From NCBI GenBank assembly GCA_008080745.1, contig SHMX01000003.1:120001-152000 (forward strand): a DNA stretch of 32,000 bases, written 5' to 3'. Position 1 is the first letter of the stretch. The number at the start of each line of letters is the position of its first letter. This DNA is from Candidatus Thorarchaeota archaeon. GTDB taxonomy: Archaea > Asgardarchaeota > Thorarchaeia > Thorarchaeales > Thorarchaeaceae. Below, piece after piece: positions 7,528 through 16,975 of the stretch. The position numbers and the translations under genes were made by a program. Under the pieces are notes generated by a model. The model did not search any database. It saw nothing but the letters and a program-made list of their open reading frames with translations, and was not told where the DNA came from.

Positions 7528-10023
7528 ATGTTTGAACCGAAAGGAAGATTAGCATCCACTTATTCTTCTCGATTAATGTCTGAATCTAGTAGCAACAACA
7601 TGAGAGAATATCTTAAAGCTCAAACAAAAGAATTTGAGATTGATGTAGGCTCTGAAAAAATTCAGATTAATTATGATACTAAAACAAGGACGATCATCAT
7701 TGAACATTATTTAGGGGAAATAGAAGATATTTTTAGAAATCTAAGAGGTCGCTATCTATTCGATTATGCTATCTTCTTAGATGAGACCACAAAAATAATT
7801 CAAAATTTTGGAAGATGCCATGTCATCCAATTTGATAGTCCCGATGAAATTGAATCATTGCAACATATAGAACAATTGTTTAAGAGAGAGCTCTTGGACA
7901 AAGATATAGTAAAACAACTGTGGGACATCTTAGATAGTTATTCTAAGGAAAGCAATAACATTACCAATAACGACTTGATCAAATTAGCAAAGACACTTTT
8001 TCATTTCCTGCTGAAACATTTTCTAATCGAACAGTTCAAACAAACTCCAGATTGGATTGATTTGATAGATGTTGAGCTAGACCAAAGATATATTCAAGTT
8101 TTGAAGAAATTACGAAAAAATATTCCCACTGATTTCGAATTTGCACAATTGTTACAACCGTCTTATCCACCGAGATATCTAGAACTCCTCTATGAAATGG
8201 TTATTATCCCACTGATTGCTCTGAATAAGGGAGATTCTCATCATAGCGATAAAATCGATTTACGGATATTGAGAAAAGGAACAGGATCATTTTATACTCC
8301 ACAAGAGATTGCACATAGAATTACCTCTCGAACGCTTTCATCTTGGCTGAAAGACCAAACGAATCTTGACGTGTATGATATCTCAAAAGTACAAGATATC
8401 TCCGAATCAGTTCGAGAAGAGGCTATTAGAAAATTAAAAGAGATCAGAATTATTGATCCAGCAGTTGGAGCGGGAGCATTTCTCTTGGCAGCTGCAGAAT
8501 GGCTCTTCATTGCAAGGCGGGTCTTAGGAGATACGACGCCTAAAGAGAGAATTCGTGCGGAAATAGTGACGAATAACCTACATGGAGTCGATATACAAGT
8601 TGATTCTCGTGATACAACTAGTAAACTGCTTTTGCTCTGGAGTGGAGTACATCATAACATTCAATCAAGTATTTTTCAGAGTACTATAAAATGCGGGAAT
8701 AGTCTGATAGGATCTGTTCGGAGGGAAACAGGGTTCAGTCATCATGGTTATCCTTTCGATTGGTGGAGAGAATTTCCTGCGGTGATGAAAAAGAATCAAG
8801 GTTTTGATGTGGTCCTGGGTAATCCACCCTATGGTAATATTATAGACCCGACTGAGAAGACACAAGTTTTGAACTATCAAATATGTGACGTTAGTTCTGG
8901 AAGAACCGGAAGTTGGAATGCTGCACCCTTATTCGTAGTTCGTTCTACAGATTTATTGAGAGATGGTGGCTTTCTAGGATTGCTACTACCCAATAGTATT
9001 CTGAGGGTTACACAATTTACAAAAGTTCGGAAATTTATTCTGGATAATCTAACACCCATAATAATTATTGATGAGGCTAGACCTCTAGCTGATGTTACTT
9101 TGGAGATGTTTAGTTTTATTGCGAAGAAAGCACAGAATGTTTCAACTGATGTGGATATCATTTCGAAACGCACTGATGTGAAATTTCATCACTCTGTTTC
9201 AGTTGAAAAATTACGAAAAACCGATATTATCGTAATGTATTATGACGATCTATTAGATGATTTACTTAGAAGGGGGAAGATAGGCCTCATGAAAGCATCA
9301 CGAGGTGCTGATATACCTAAGAAATTTGTAAGAACAAAGAAGATTGATGGATTTCATATCCCATATATCACATCAGGAAGAAGTGTAAAGAAATTTAGAA
9401 TCGATCAGAAGTATCTACGATATGCTAATGAATGGTATCACAATAAGCCCTCTCTACTTTATTCTTATGAGAATGAACTTCTCGTTGCTACTAAGAATTA
9501 TCCATTTCCGCGGTGCATGATAAAATCTCCTGGCATGATACATGGTGGGGGAATAGTAAGTATAGAGATGTCTGAGGAATATGATTCTCGAACGGTAGGG
9601 CTAATACTAAACTCACGACTAATCCAGTATATCTGCGTCAGATACTTTACCAACTACTCACAGCTTACAACGTGTCTAAATACAGGTATCATGGAGAATA
9701 TTCCAATTATCTATCCTGACGAACCAAAACTTTTCAAACTTATTTTTAATGAACTTGAAACAATCTATAAGAAAGGAGATAAATTTTCTCAAAAGAGGAG
9801 GATTCTAGAGGAGATAGCTAATGCCTTAGTTTATGAACTGTATCTATTTGAGGATACAAGTTTATCAGAACGGCTTTCTGATCGTATGCAGTATTATGTA
9901 ATTGGGGATGCGCTAGAAAGAGGGGAAATACTATCACACATCTTAGATGACCCTAGGATAAAGGAGATTTTTAGAAATCACATTGTAAAAAGGATTGAAA
10001 CAGCTCCAAGAATGAATCATTGA
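7528..10023 (+). CDS. N6-adenine DNA methyltransferase, Eco57I/TaqI-like (gamma order), with C-terminal target-recognition region
   Basis: GSFYTP (8284), DPAVGAGAF motif I (8455), FDW..EFP..GFDVVLGNPPY motif IV (NPPY at 8821), LLLPNS. The start may be ATG 7576. Confidence 0.9.
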   Translation: MFEPKGRLASTYSSRLMSESSSNNMREYLKAQTKEFEIDVGSEKIQINYDTKTRTIIIEHYLGEIEDIFRNLRGRYLFDYAIFLDETTKIIQNFGRCHVIQFDSPDEIESLQHIEQLFKRELLDKDIVKQLWDILDSYSKESNNITNNDLIKLAKTLFHFLLKHFLIEQFKQTPDWIDLIDVELDQRYIQVLKKLRKNIPTDFEFAQLLQPSYPPRYLELLYEMVIIPLIALNKGDSHHSDKIDLRILRKGTGSFYTPQEIAHRITSRTLSSWLKDQTNLDVYDISKVQDISESVREEAIRKLKEIRIIDPAVGAGAFLLAAAEWLFIARRVLGDTTPKERIRAEIVTNNLHGVDIQVDSRDTTSKLLLLWSGVHHNIQSSIFQSTIKCGNSLIGSVRRETGFSHHGYPFDWWREFPAVMKKNQGFDVVLGNPPYGNIIDPTEKTQVLNYQICDVSSGRTGSWNAAPLFVVRSTDLLRDGGFLGLLLPNSILRVTQFTKVRKFILDNLTPIIIIDEARPLADVTLEMFSFIAKKAQNVSTDVDIISKRTDVKFHHSVSVEKLRKTDIIVMYYDDLLDDLLRRGKIGLMKASRGADIPKKFVRTKKIDGFHIPYITSGRSVKKFRIDQKYLRYANEWYHNKPSLLYSYENELLVATKNYPFPRCMIKSPGMIHGGGIVSIEMSEEYDSRTVGLILNSRLIQYICVRYFTNYSQLTTCLNTGIMENIPIIYPDEPKLFKLIFNELETIYKKGDKFSQKRRILEEIANALVYELYLFEDTSLSERLSDRMQYYVIGDALERGEILSHILDDPRIKEIFRNHIVKRIETAPRMNH

Positions 10024-10073
10024 TATTTCGTTGATGCTGAGGCTTATATAGTCCTTAGCTTTGGTCTTCATGA

Positions 10074-10682
10074 TTGATAATGGAAGAACATGATGATAGT
10101 AAGACTGATGATTCAGAAGATATGGCATCAGATATTGTTGATTCGGTTCTTGACGATTCTGAAGCTGATGATGACGGTCTCAGCAGCAGAGAAAGAAGTG
10201 TCGAAGAACTGAAAGAAGCTGACCGTATAGCAAAGGCCAAACAGTTACGTAAGCAGTTGAGACTCCGAGAACTTGGTATTTTACGATATAGATGGCCCTC
10301 TGCAATCCTCATTATTGCAGGGATTATATCAATATGGACAGAATTTCTTCCAGTACTCAATCAGCCTGATGCAATATATCAATTCAACACCTTCTATGAA
10401 GCATTCCTATTAGACCCGAATGTTTTCTGGATATTTCCAATAATAGCTGGTGTGATCTATATAGTACTTGGAATATTCGCTTATTTTGATTCACGAGCAC
10501 CGTGGTTGGCAGTATTCCCAGCTATGATGATTGTCATGGCAGGTGCCTTTGTTTACATGATTGTGTCAATTGCATACTATGCAGATCCAACAACAACCGT
10601 ATCAGCTACTCAGACACCAATTTCGATGATAATCATGGGACTGGTTGGCTTAGCGGCCATATTCATGAGGGAAAAGGAATAG
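10074..10682 (+). CDS. Membrane protein (about 4 TM) with long acidic N-terminal tail
   Basis: 202 aa: D/E/S-rich first 45 aa, a basic helix, then four hydrophobic segments. Confidence 0.8.
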   Translation: MIMEEHDDSKTDDSEDMASDIVDSVLDDSEADDDGLSSRERSVEELKEADRIAKAKQLRKQLRLRELGILRYRWPSAILIIAGIISIWTEFLPVLNQPDAIYQFNTFYEAFLLDPNVFWIFPIIAGVIYIVLGIFAYFDSRAPWLAVFPAMMIVMAGAFVYMIVSIAYYADPTTTVSATQTPISMIIMGLVGLAAIFMREKE

Positions 10683-10701
10683 GAGTAACAAACTCCTTCT
10701 A

Positions 10702-11268
10702 CTATTTCAGGAATTCGTCCAGTTTTCCAGCTTCCTCAAGTTCCTCCATCCAGTCTATTCGAATAGGGTCTACATCAGCCTCAATAATAGAGAGAATCTC
10801 TTCAACGGTTTCGGGAGCTTTCATATCAGTAGTATCTATTTCGAAAACAATATCAGGATCAAAAACCTCAAGTGCATCCATCTGACAGACCCCAATAACC
10901 TCTGCCTCAACATTCTCTTGAATTTTGCTCTCAGGATAATCTCTCGTAGATAATCGATCTCTGAGTTCTCCTGGGTATACTCGAAGAATTATGACCAATT
11001 CAACTGAAGAACTGGGAACTAAATCAATATAATGGCCCTCGACAATAATTCGGCCTTTTTTATCTTCAACTAAATCAATAAGAGCTTCAACCAGACAGTC
11101 CTCATCTATGATTCCAGTCTGACGAAATTTGTCTTCAGCTGAAATACACCCTGATTCGTCAGCAAATTCTCCCATGGAGATAACTTCACATCCCAGACGT
11201 GACCCAAGAATTTTTGCAACAGCTGTCTTACCAGTACCCGGAGTTCCACCAATGAGAATTACAGTCAT
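10702..11268 (-). CDS. Adenylate kinase, AK6/Fap7 (hCINAP) family
   Basis: GGTPGTGKT P-loop, IIVEGH motif, RLSTRDYPESKIQENVEAE. Likely ATG at 11268 (ORF track 11322). Confidence 0.92.
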   Translation of the reverse strand: MTVILIGGTPGTGKTAVAKILGSRLGCEVISMGEFADESGCISAEDKFRQTGIIDEDCLVEALIDLVEDKKGRIIVEGHYIDLVPSSSVELVIILRVYPGELRDRLSTRDYPESKIQENVEAEVIGVCQMDALEVFDPDIVFEIDTTDMKAPETVEEILSIIEADVDPIRIDWMEELEEAGKLDEFLK

Positions 11269-11385
11269 ATGGGGTGATTGATTAGACTGATAAATAAGGG
11301 AAGTGGAAGTGATAATTACCAATTCAGCTTATAAGACAAGATATCTACGTGGATATTGAAAAAAATAAATCTGGAGTTGTAAATA

Positions 11386-12114
11386 ATGGATAGCGGTGAA
11401 GGATACAGAGGAAACAGACTATTACCAATAATAGTAATAATTACTTCGCTAATCCTTGCATTTGTATTTTGGTGGACTAATGGTGTCCTGGCTATTTTAC
11501 TTCTGGTTATTGCCATGGCCAGTTGTATTATTTCTGCATGCCGCATTCCATTTGGCCCCTCGGAAGGAACCCCTATAGTGATTCGTACTTCACAATCTCA
11601 AAGACGAACAAGAAGAAGAGTACGAAGGGAAGACCCTTTTGAACCAGAGCCAATTGCAATTGATGAAATAATTAATTTTGAAGAGGCAGATACCTCCGAA
11701 GAGATTGGAGATATTGAACAAGATCTACCCATCGAGATAATCGATGGGATTGGGCAATCCTATGGTGCGCTGCTACGAGACATGAATATCGATGTCGTTA
11801 AGAAACTGACAGTAGTTGAACCCGAACTAATTCAGGATATATGTCAAATCGATAGAGAAACTGCTGAACATTGGATTGCTGATGCCCAGTGTATTATTGA
11901 GGGTGCTAGAATCTATAGTATCTTAGAGCTCGCTATGTCAGAGCCTTCTGAGGTTCTCTTTAAGATTGAAAGGGCTATTGAGAAGGGAAAGCTAAACCTT
12001 CCTGAATCATATGAAATTAAGGAATGGAAGATACGACAATGGATTGATACTGCAAACGACATCATGTCCACCATAAGCTCGGATGATATCAGAAGATGGA
12101 AAGGTGACCTATGA
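11386..12114 (+). CDS. Membrane-anchored helix-hairpin-helix protein (DUF4332/HHH_5-like)
   Basis: Two N-terminal hydrophobic helices, Arg-rich then acidic linker, then LPIEIIDGIGQSYGALLRDMNI (HhH GIG motif) and a second helical pair. Confidence 0.75.
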   Translation: MDSGEGYRGNRLLPIIVIITSLILAFVFWWTNGVLAILLLVIAMASCIISACRIPFGPSEGTPIVIRTSQSQRRTRRRVRREDPFEPEPIAIDEIINFEEADTSEEIGDIEQDLPIEIIDGIGQSYGALLRDMNIDVVKKLTVVEPELIQDICQIDRETAEHWIADAQCIIEGARIYSILELAMSEPSEVLFKIERAIEKGKLNLPESYEIKEWKIRQWIDTANDIMSTISSDDIRRWKGDL

Positions 12115-12211
12115 TAGCATTGGATATTTCGCTATCATGGACTATTCCACTACATAACGAATAAAAGAAGTAGGATTCCAATCAGAAAACACCAATGTCG
12201 AGGTTGATTGG

Positions 12212-12709
12212 ATGATCGAAGGGTGGTATATTAGACCATTTGAACGGAAGGATCTTCGTGAAGTAGTCAAAGTAAACAAATCATGTCTACCCGAGAACTA
12301 TCCAGACCAATTCTTTATGGGACTATATCACCACGCTCCAAAAGCATTCTTGGTTGGTATTGATGATGACACTGTTGCAGGATACATCATGTGTAGAATT
12401 GAGAGAGGGGTTTCATCATTTGGAAGATTGCCAGTTAAGAAAGGACATATCGTATCCATAGCGGTTAAACACACCCATCGCAGAAAAGGCATTGGTTATG
12501 CGCTCATCAAAAAGGGAATGGAAGCTATGACCGAATATGGTGTTAGCGAATATTTTCTTGAGGTCAGAAAATCAAATGAAGCGGCTATAGGAGTCTATGA
12601 GAAACTTGGATTCAGCATCAAACGAGTTCTCAAAGGATATTACCGCGATGGTGAAGATGCCTATTTGATGGCAAGAAAAGGAATTGACGAAGAACCTATT
12701 GAAGAGTGA
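12212..12709 (+). CDS. ard1: N-alpha-acetyltransferase, archaeal Ard1/RimI family
   Basis: CLPENY, GYIMCRIE, GHIVSIAV, RRKGIG motif A, LEVRKSN, YYRDGEDAY. Confidence 0.92.
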   Translation: MIEGWYIRPFERKDLREVVKVNKSCLPENYPDQFFMGLYHHAPKAFLVGIDDDTVAGYIMCRIERGVSSFGRLPVKKGHIVSIAVKHTHRRKGIGYALIKKGMEAMTEYGVSEYFLEVRKSNEAAIGVYEKLGFSIKRVLKGYYRDGEDAYLMARKGIDEEPIEE

Positions 12710-13632
12710 TTGAAGTGAGCCAAGAACCAATACGAGTACCACTAATCCCAACTTGTTCTGCATGTATCATAGACAGTCTTACAACACTTGTGCCGTTGCT
12801 TACAGATGATGCACACGAGCAATTCAGACTTTTCCAATTGGCATTCAAAAAATTAGCAGAAGGCTTTGAAAAACAGATTGAGCCTGCGCCCTTGTCAATT
12901 GAACTTTATCAGATGCTCTATACAGAAGCTAATGTTACAGATCCATATGAAGATATCAAACGAAGAAGCATTCAAGCTGCGGAACAGGTGCTTCCCGCAG
13001 TAGAGAAACATATTGAAAATTTGGAGGGTTATGAACGACTTCGAGCAGGTATTGCTGCCGCCATAACTGGAAATGTCATCGATTTCAATACGGCAGGACA
13101 CAGACCGGATTTTGACAAACTCGAAGATCAGTATCAGACAATTCTAGCAGAGGGTTTTGTTCTTGATGACAGTGAGGAGCTTTGGTGGGCCATCAAGTCT
13201 CAAAAGGGTACAGTTGTATTTCTTGGAGATAATGCAGGAGAGAATCTCTTTGATATTCCTTTGCTTAGAATCTTGAAAGACCATGGTTGGTACATCATCT
13301 ATGTAGTAAAAGGGAAAGCTATGATCAACGATGCTACAGAAGAGGATCTGAAGGGGACTGAAATTGAAAAACTAGCTGAAATCAAGAATTCGGGAGCATG
13401 GGCTCATGGAGTCCCAATGCAACTAGTAAGCAGAGAATTTCTTGAAACGATTGCTCAAGCAGACTTGGTGATATCAAAAGGACAAGCCAATATTGAAACA
13501 TTTCCAGAGATACAACGGGAACTCAAAGTTGAAACCTATTACATATCTCGTGCAAAATGTGTTCACATCTCGCAATCAATCGGTGCATCAAAAGGAGATA
13601 ATATTGTTCTCAGAAGACCTGCAACAGAGTAA
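12706..13632 (+). CDS. DUF89/ARMT1-like damage-control phosphatase
   Basis: N-terminal CxxC, DPYEDIK, GNVIDF, DNAGE, KGQAN.ET motifs. GTGA overlap with the ard1 stop. Confidence 0.9.
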   Translation: MIEVSQEPIRVPLIPTCSACIIDSLTTLVPLLTDDAHEQFRLFQLAFKKLAEGFEKQIEPAPLSIELYQMLYTEANVTDPYEDIKRRSIQAAEQVLPAVEKHIENLEGYERLRAGIAAAITGNVIDFNTAGHRPDFDKLEDQYQTILAEGFVLDDSEELWWAIKSQKGTVVFLGDNAGENLFDIPLLRILKDHGWYIIYVVKGKAMINDATEEDLKGTEIEKLAEIKNSGAWAHGVPMQLVSREFLETIAQADLVISKGQANIETFPEIQRELKVETYYISRAKCVHISQSIGASKGDNIVLRRPATE

Positions 13633-13805
13633 ATTTGCAGGTCTGAAAACTTTTTTATTCAGAATGAATTTGTCCCAGATACACGTTGATTAAGCAACGA
13701 CAGCCTTTTGACAAAATTTAAATGCAATTCTCACACGAAGTGCATGTACAGTTTTATCAGAACCTAGATATAAGATAATGCTAGGTTTATGGAGGAACTA
13801 GATTA

Positions 13806-15443
13806 ATGAGTCAACAAGTACCTGTTCTTGTGTTACGCGAGGACACTGAGAGAACCCGAGGCCGCGATGCTCAAAGGAATAACATTATGGCTGCTGTAGT
13901 TATTGCAGAAGCAGTCAAGAGTGCGCTAGGTCCTAAGGGTATGGATAAGATGTTAGTCGATTCTTTTGGCGACATAACAGTTTCCAATGATGGAGCCACA
14001 ATTTTGAAGGAGATGGACGTAGCACATCCAGCAGCAAAGATGATTATTGAGGTCGCAAAGACCGTTGATGCAGAGGTTGGGGATGGAACAACCACTTCTG
14101 CTATTCTAGCCGGAGATTTACTCAGGAAAGCAGAAGACCTTCTTGATCAGAAAATTCACCCAACTACAATAATCAGTGGATATAGAAAAGCTACCGAGAA
14201 GGCCCTAGCTATTGTAGATTCAGCAGCTGAGAAAGTAGACCCAGAGGAGAAGGGATACAAGAAGATCCTCATGGACGTTGCAAAGACTTCCATGTCTAGC
14301 AAGTTCGTTTCTAACTACCGAGAACACTTGGCTAAGATTGTTGTTGATGCAGTTCTAGCAATTGCAAAAGACAAAGCAGCCGGTGACGAAATCGACATTG
14401 GTGATATTCCCAGACAGAAGCAAGAGGGATTAGGTGTCGATATGACCATGATGGTAGAAGGACTTGTCTTGGACAAAGAGATTGTCCATCCAGGTATGCC
14501 AACTAAGGCAGAGGGTGCAAAGATTGCACTACTTGAATGTCCCCTTGAAGTCACAAAGACAGAATTCGATGCAAAGATTGCTATTTCTGATCCATCCTCA
14601 ATGCAAAGCTTCCTCGATCAAGAAGAGAGCATGCTAAAAGAGATGGTTGACCAGATAGTAGCAACAGGCGCTAATGTTGTCATTGCTCAGAAAGGAATTG
14701 ATGACGTTGTTCAGCATTATCTGGCAAAGAACGGCATCTTGGCAGTACGACGAATCAAGAAATCAGACATTGAGAGAATTCACAAGACTACTGGCGCTTC
14801 TATTGTTTCAAAGATTAAGAATCTCTCCAAGGATGACCTTGGAAAGGCAAAAATTGTTCAGCAGCGAAAAGTCGGAGAGGATAAGATGCTCTTTATTGAG
14901 GGTACACCAAAGTCCTCCAGTGTAACTCTTCTTGTTAGAGGAGGTACCGATCACATCGTTGATGAAGTTGATCGTGCACTAAATGATGCACTCTATGTAG
15001 TCAGAGATGTTGTTATGCACCCATACATCACTTACGGTGGTGGTGCATTAGCTAGCGAAATCTCTAAGCAACTTAGAGACTTTGCCTCAAGCCTTGAAGG
15101 CAGAGAACAATATGCAGTCAACGCTTATGCTGATGCTGTGGAATCACTACCTATCACACTAGCTGAGAATGCTGGATTGGACCCAATTGATATTATGGTA
15201 CAATTGCGCTCAGCTCATACTGAAGGTAAGGTCACCTACGGGCTTGACATCGACAAGGGTAAGGTAGGCGATATGAAAAAGGCCAGAGTCACTGAGTCTT
15301 CTCTCGTCAACCGACAGATCATCATGTCAGCGGCAGAAGCTGCTCAGATGATTCTAAAGATCGATGACGTAATATCGAGCAAAGGTGGCGGCATGGGCGG
15401 CGGTATGCCCGGCGGACCTGGCGGCGACATGGACGAAGAATAA
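13806..15443 (+). CDS. ths: Thermosome (group II chaperonin) subunit
   Basis: [29 protein letters not shown]-terminal GGM tail; GGAGG SD upstream. Confidence 0.98.
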   Translation: MSQQVPVLVLREDTERTRGRDAQRNNIMAAVVIAEAVKSALGPKGMDKMLVDSFGDITVSNDGATILKEMDVAHPAAKMIIEVAKTVDAEVGDGTTTSAILAGDLLRKAEDLLDQKIHPTTIISGYRKATEKALAIVDSAAEKVDPEEKGYKKILMDVAKTSMSSKFVSNYREHLAKIVVDAVLAIAKDKAAGDEIDIGDIPRQKQEGLGVDMTMMVEGLVLDKEIVHPGMPTKAEGAKIALLECPLEVTKTEFDAKIAISDPSSMQSFLDQEESMLKEMVDQIVATGANVVIAQKGIDDVVQHYLAKNGILAVRRIKKSDIERIHKTTGASIVSKIKNLSKDDLGKAKIVQQRKVGEDKMLFIEGTPKSSSVTLLVRGGTDHIVDEVDRALNDALYVVRDVVMHPYITYGGGALASEISKQLRDFASSLEGREQYAVNAYADAVESLPITLAENAGLDPIDIMVQLRSAHTEGKVTYGLDIDKGKVGDMKKARVTESSLVNRQIIMSAAEAAQMILKIDDVISSKGGGMGGGMPGGPGGDMDEE

Positions 15444-15459
15444 TCATATTACAAACACA

Positions 15460-15508
15460 GGATTCAGTTCGTGGTCTAACCGCGAATGAATCCTTTCAAT
15501 TCTTTTTT
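15460..15508 (+). terminator. Long hairpin plus T tract, putative terminator
   Basis: GGATTCA-G-TTCGTGG-TCTAA-CCGCGAA-TGAATCC (15460-15493), then TTTCAATTCTTTTTT. Confidence 0.6.
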
Positions 15509-15543
15509 ACAATGTTCATAATAATGGATTGATAGAAGAAATA

Positions 15544-16356
15544 TTATTTGACGTGCTCCTTTCGGGTGCGATAAGCTTCTCTTAGTTTTTCATGTTCTTG
15601 AAACATTCCAGAATCCATGAGATATTTCACGATTCCCCGGTTTAGCTCTTTTGAAACATCTGAAATCCGCTCACGAAATGCATTAATTATATCAGAATCA
15701 TTTCGTAACCATTCCAAATGTTTGATGAGAAATACAACATCCAGTAGTCTTTCTTCTTCCCTTATCTCTTCCAGAATCTGGTTTTTTGAATATAATATCG
15801 CATGTTTAAACTCCGAATTATTGCGTAAGTAAGGTATCAATAAGATGAAGGTGCTAATATGCCAATCATTACGTATTGTCGCAAAAATGAGGTCTTTTCT
15901 AGACAATATAGCGTCCTTGATTACGGGTAAATCTGACAGACCAAAACCCGCTCGAACCAAATTGATTTGATAGATAATATCAGGACAAATAGAGAGATTG
16001 TAGGCAATTGCATCAAGTATCTGTGGTTTATTATGATAATCTGGAAGAAAGTAAAGAGCTTCAAGAAGTAACGAATTTTCACAGCGCTTCAGTGACTTCG
16101 CAAAGGAGTTGATCATATCCTGTGATTGCCACAATCCAGAAATTTCTTGAAAACGAACACAGAATAAAAAATTGACTTCGTTGTTTAGAAGTACTTCTTG
16201 GGTGAGTGAAACGATTTCTTCATCGCTAGAGTAGAGTTCAACGAAGCGATTTTGGTATGTTTTGAGAATTACTAGAGGTGATTCAGATTCAATTTCGGAT
16301 ACAGTAGAGAGAGTTTTGAGGGCATCTTTTATTCTTGTATCAATTAAACCTGACAT
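15544..16356 (-). CDS. Helical-repeat (alpha-solenoid-like) hypothetical protein
   Basis: About five 32-38 aa repeats of hxxLxxxxxIxxA(I/F). Likely ATG at 16356 (ORF track 16419). Confidence 0.7.
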   Translation of the reverse strand: MSGLIDTRIKDALKTLSTVSEIESESPLVILKTYQNRFVELYSSDEEIVSLTQEVLLNNEVNFLFCVRFQEISGLWQSQDMINSFAKSLKRCENSLLLEALYFLPDYHNKPQILDAIAYNLSICPDIIYQINLVRAGFGLSDLPVIKDAILSRKDLIFATIRNDWHISTFILLIPYLRNNSEFKHAILYSKNQILEEIREEERLLDVVFLIKHLEWLRNDSDIINAFRERISDVSKELNRGIVKYLMDSGMFQEHEKLREAYRTRKEHVK

Positions 16357-16455
16357 ATCGTAAATCAACAGAATACATCTCTCATTTATAGATTTTCTAC
16401 TTGTTATCCTTGAGCGCAATTCAATGAGTATGAAAGATTATTGGAGTGGTTTTAG

Positions 16456-16608
16456 TTATACAGCAACCATGTCAGACTTGATCTCTTCAAAAAGTGATTC
16501 ATATTCTTCACGCTGTTCGTCGCTAATGTATGAGAGGACCGCGAATTTTGGCAGTGTTTCTAAATAGAGAGGATTCTCATTCATTAACCGAGCTTCAAGA
16601 TTAATCAT
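16456..16608 (-). CDS. Small acidic protein (50 aa), below the ORF-track cutoff
   Basis: ATG 16608 to TAA 16456: MINLEARLMNENPLYLETLPKFAVLSYISDEQREEYESLFEEIKSDMVAV. Amphipathic, co-oriented with the downstream gene. Confidence 0.5.
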   Translation of the reverse strand: MINLEARLMNENPLYLETLPKFAVLSYISDEQREEYESLFEEIKSDMVAV

Positions 16609-16975
16609 CAAAAATCATCACTGCATGAAAGGATATAGAGACTTTCAGAATACCACAATACAGCTTTAAGAGAAGACTTTTATGGACACCCAAAAGCTTT
16701 TCTTTTCATAGTTTTGCAGGACATAGCTGGAGTACCGCAAGCTGGTTCTGTGGAGGAATCGGTTAATGAGTTGGTGTTTGAGCAAAATTTCACAACATGA
16801 AGAAGAAAAGATACAAATGAATATTGAATTCTGGATTCATGTTGCTCATGCCAAACTCATTATGAATCAAATGTTGATAGCTGAAAAGCCAATAGAACTA
16901 CTCAGTCCAAAGGATTTGGATAACGGCTTCAACGGATAGAAAGAGTCAAACGGGATAAGGAAAAGGGTGTAATTC

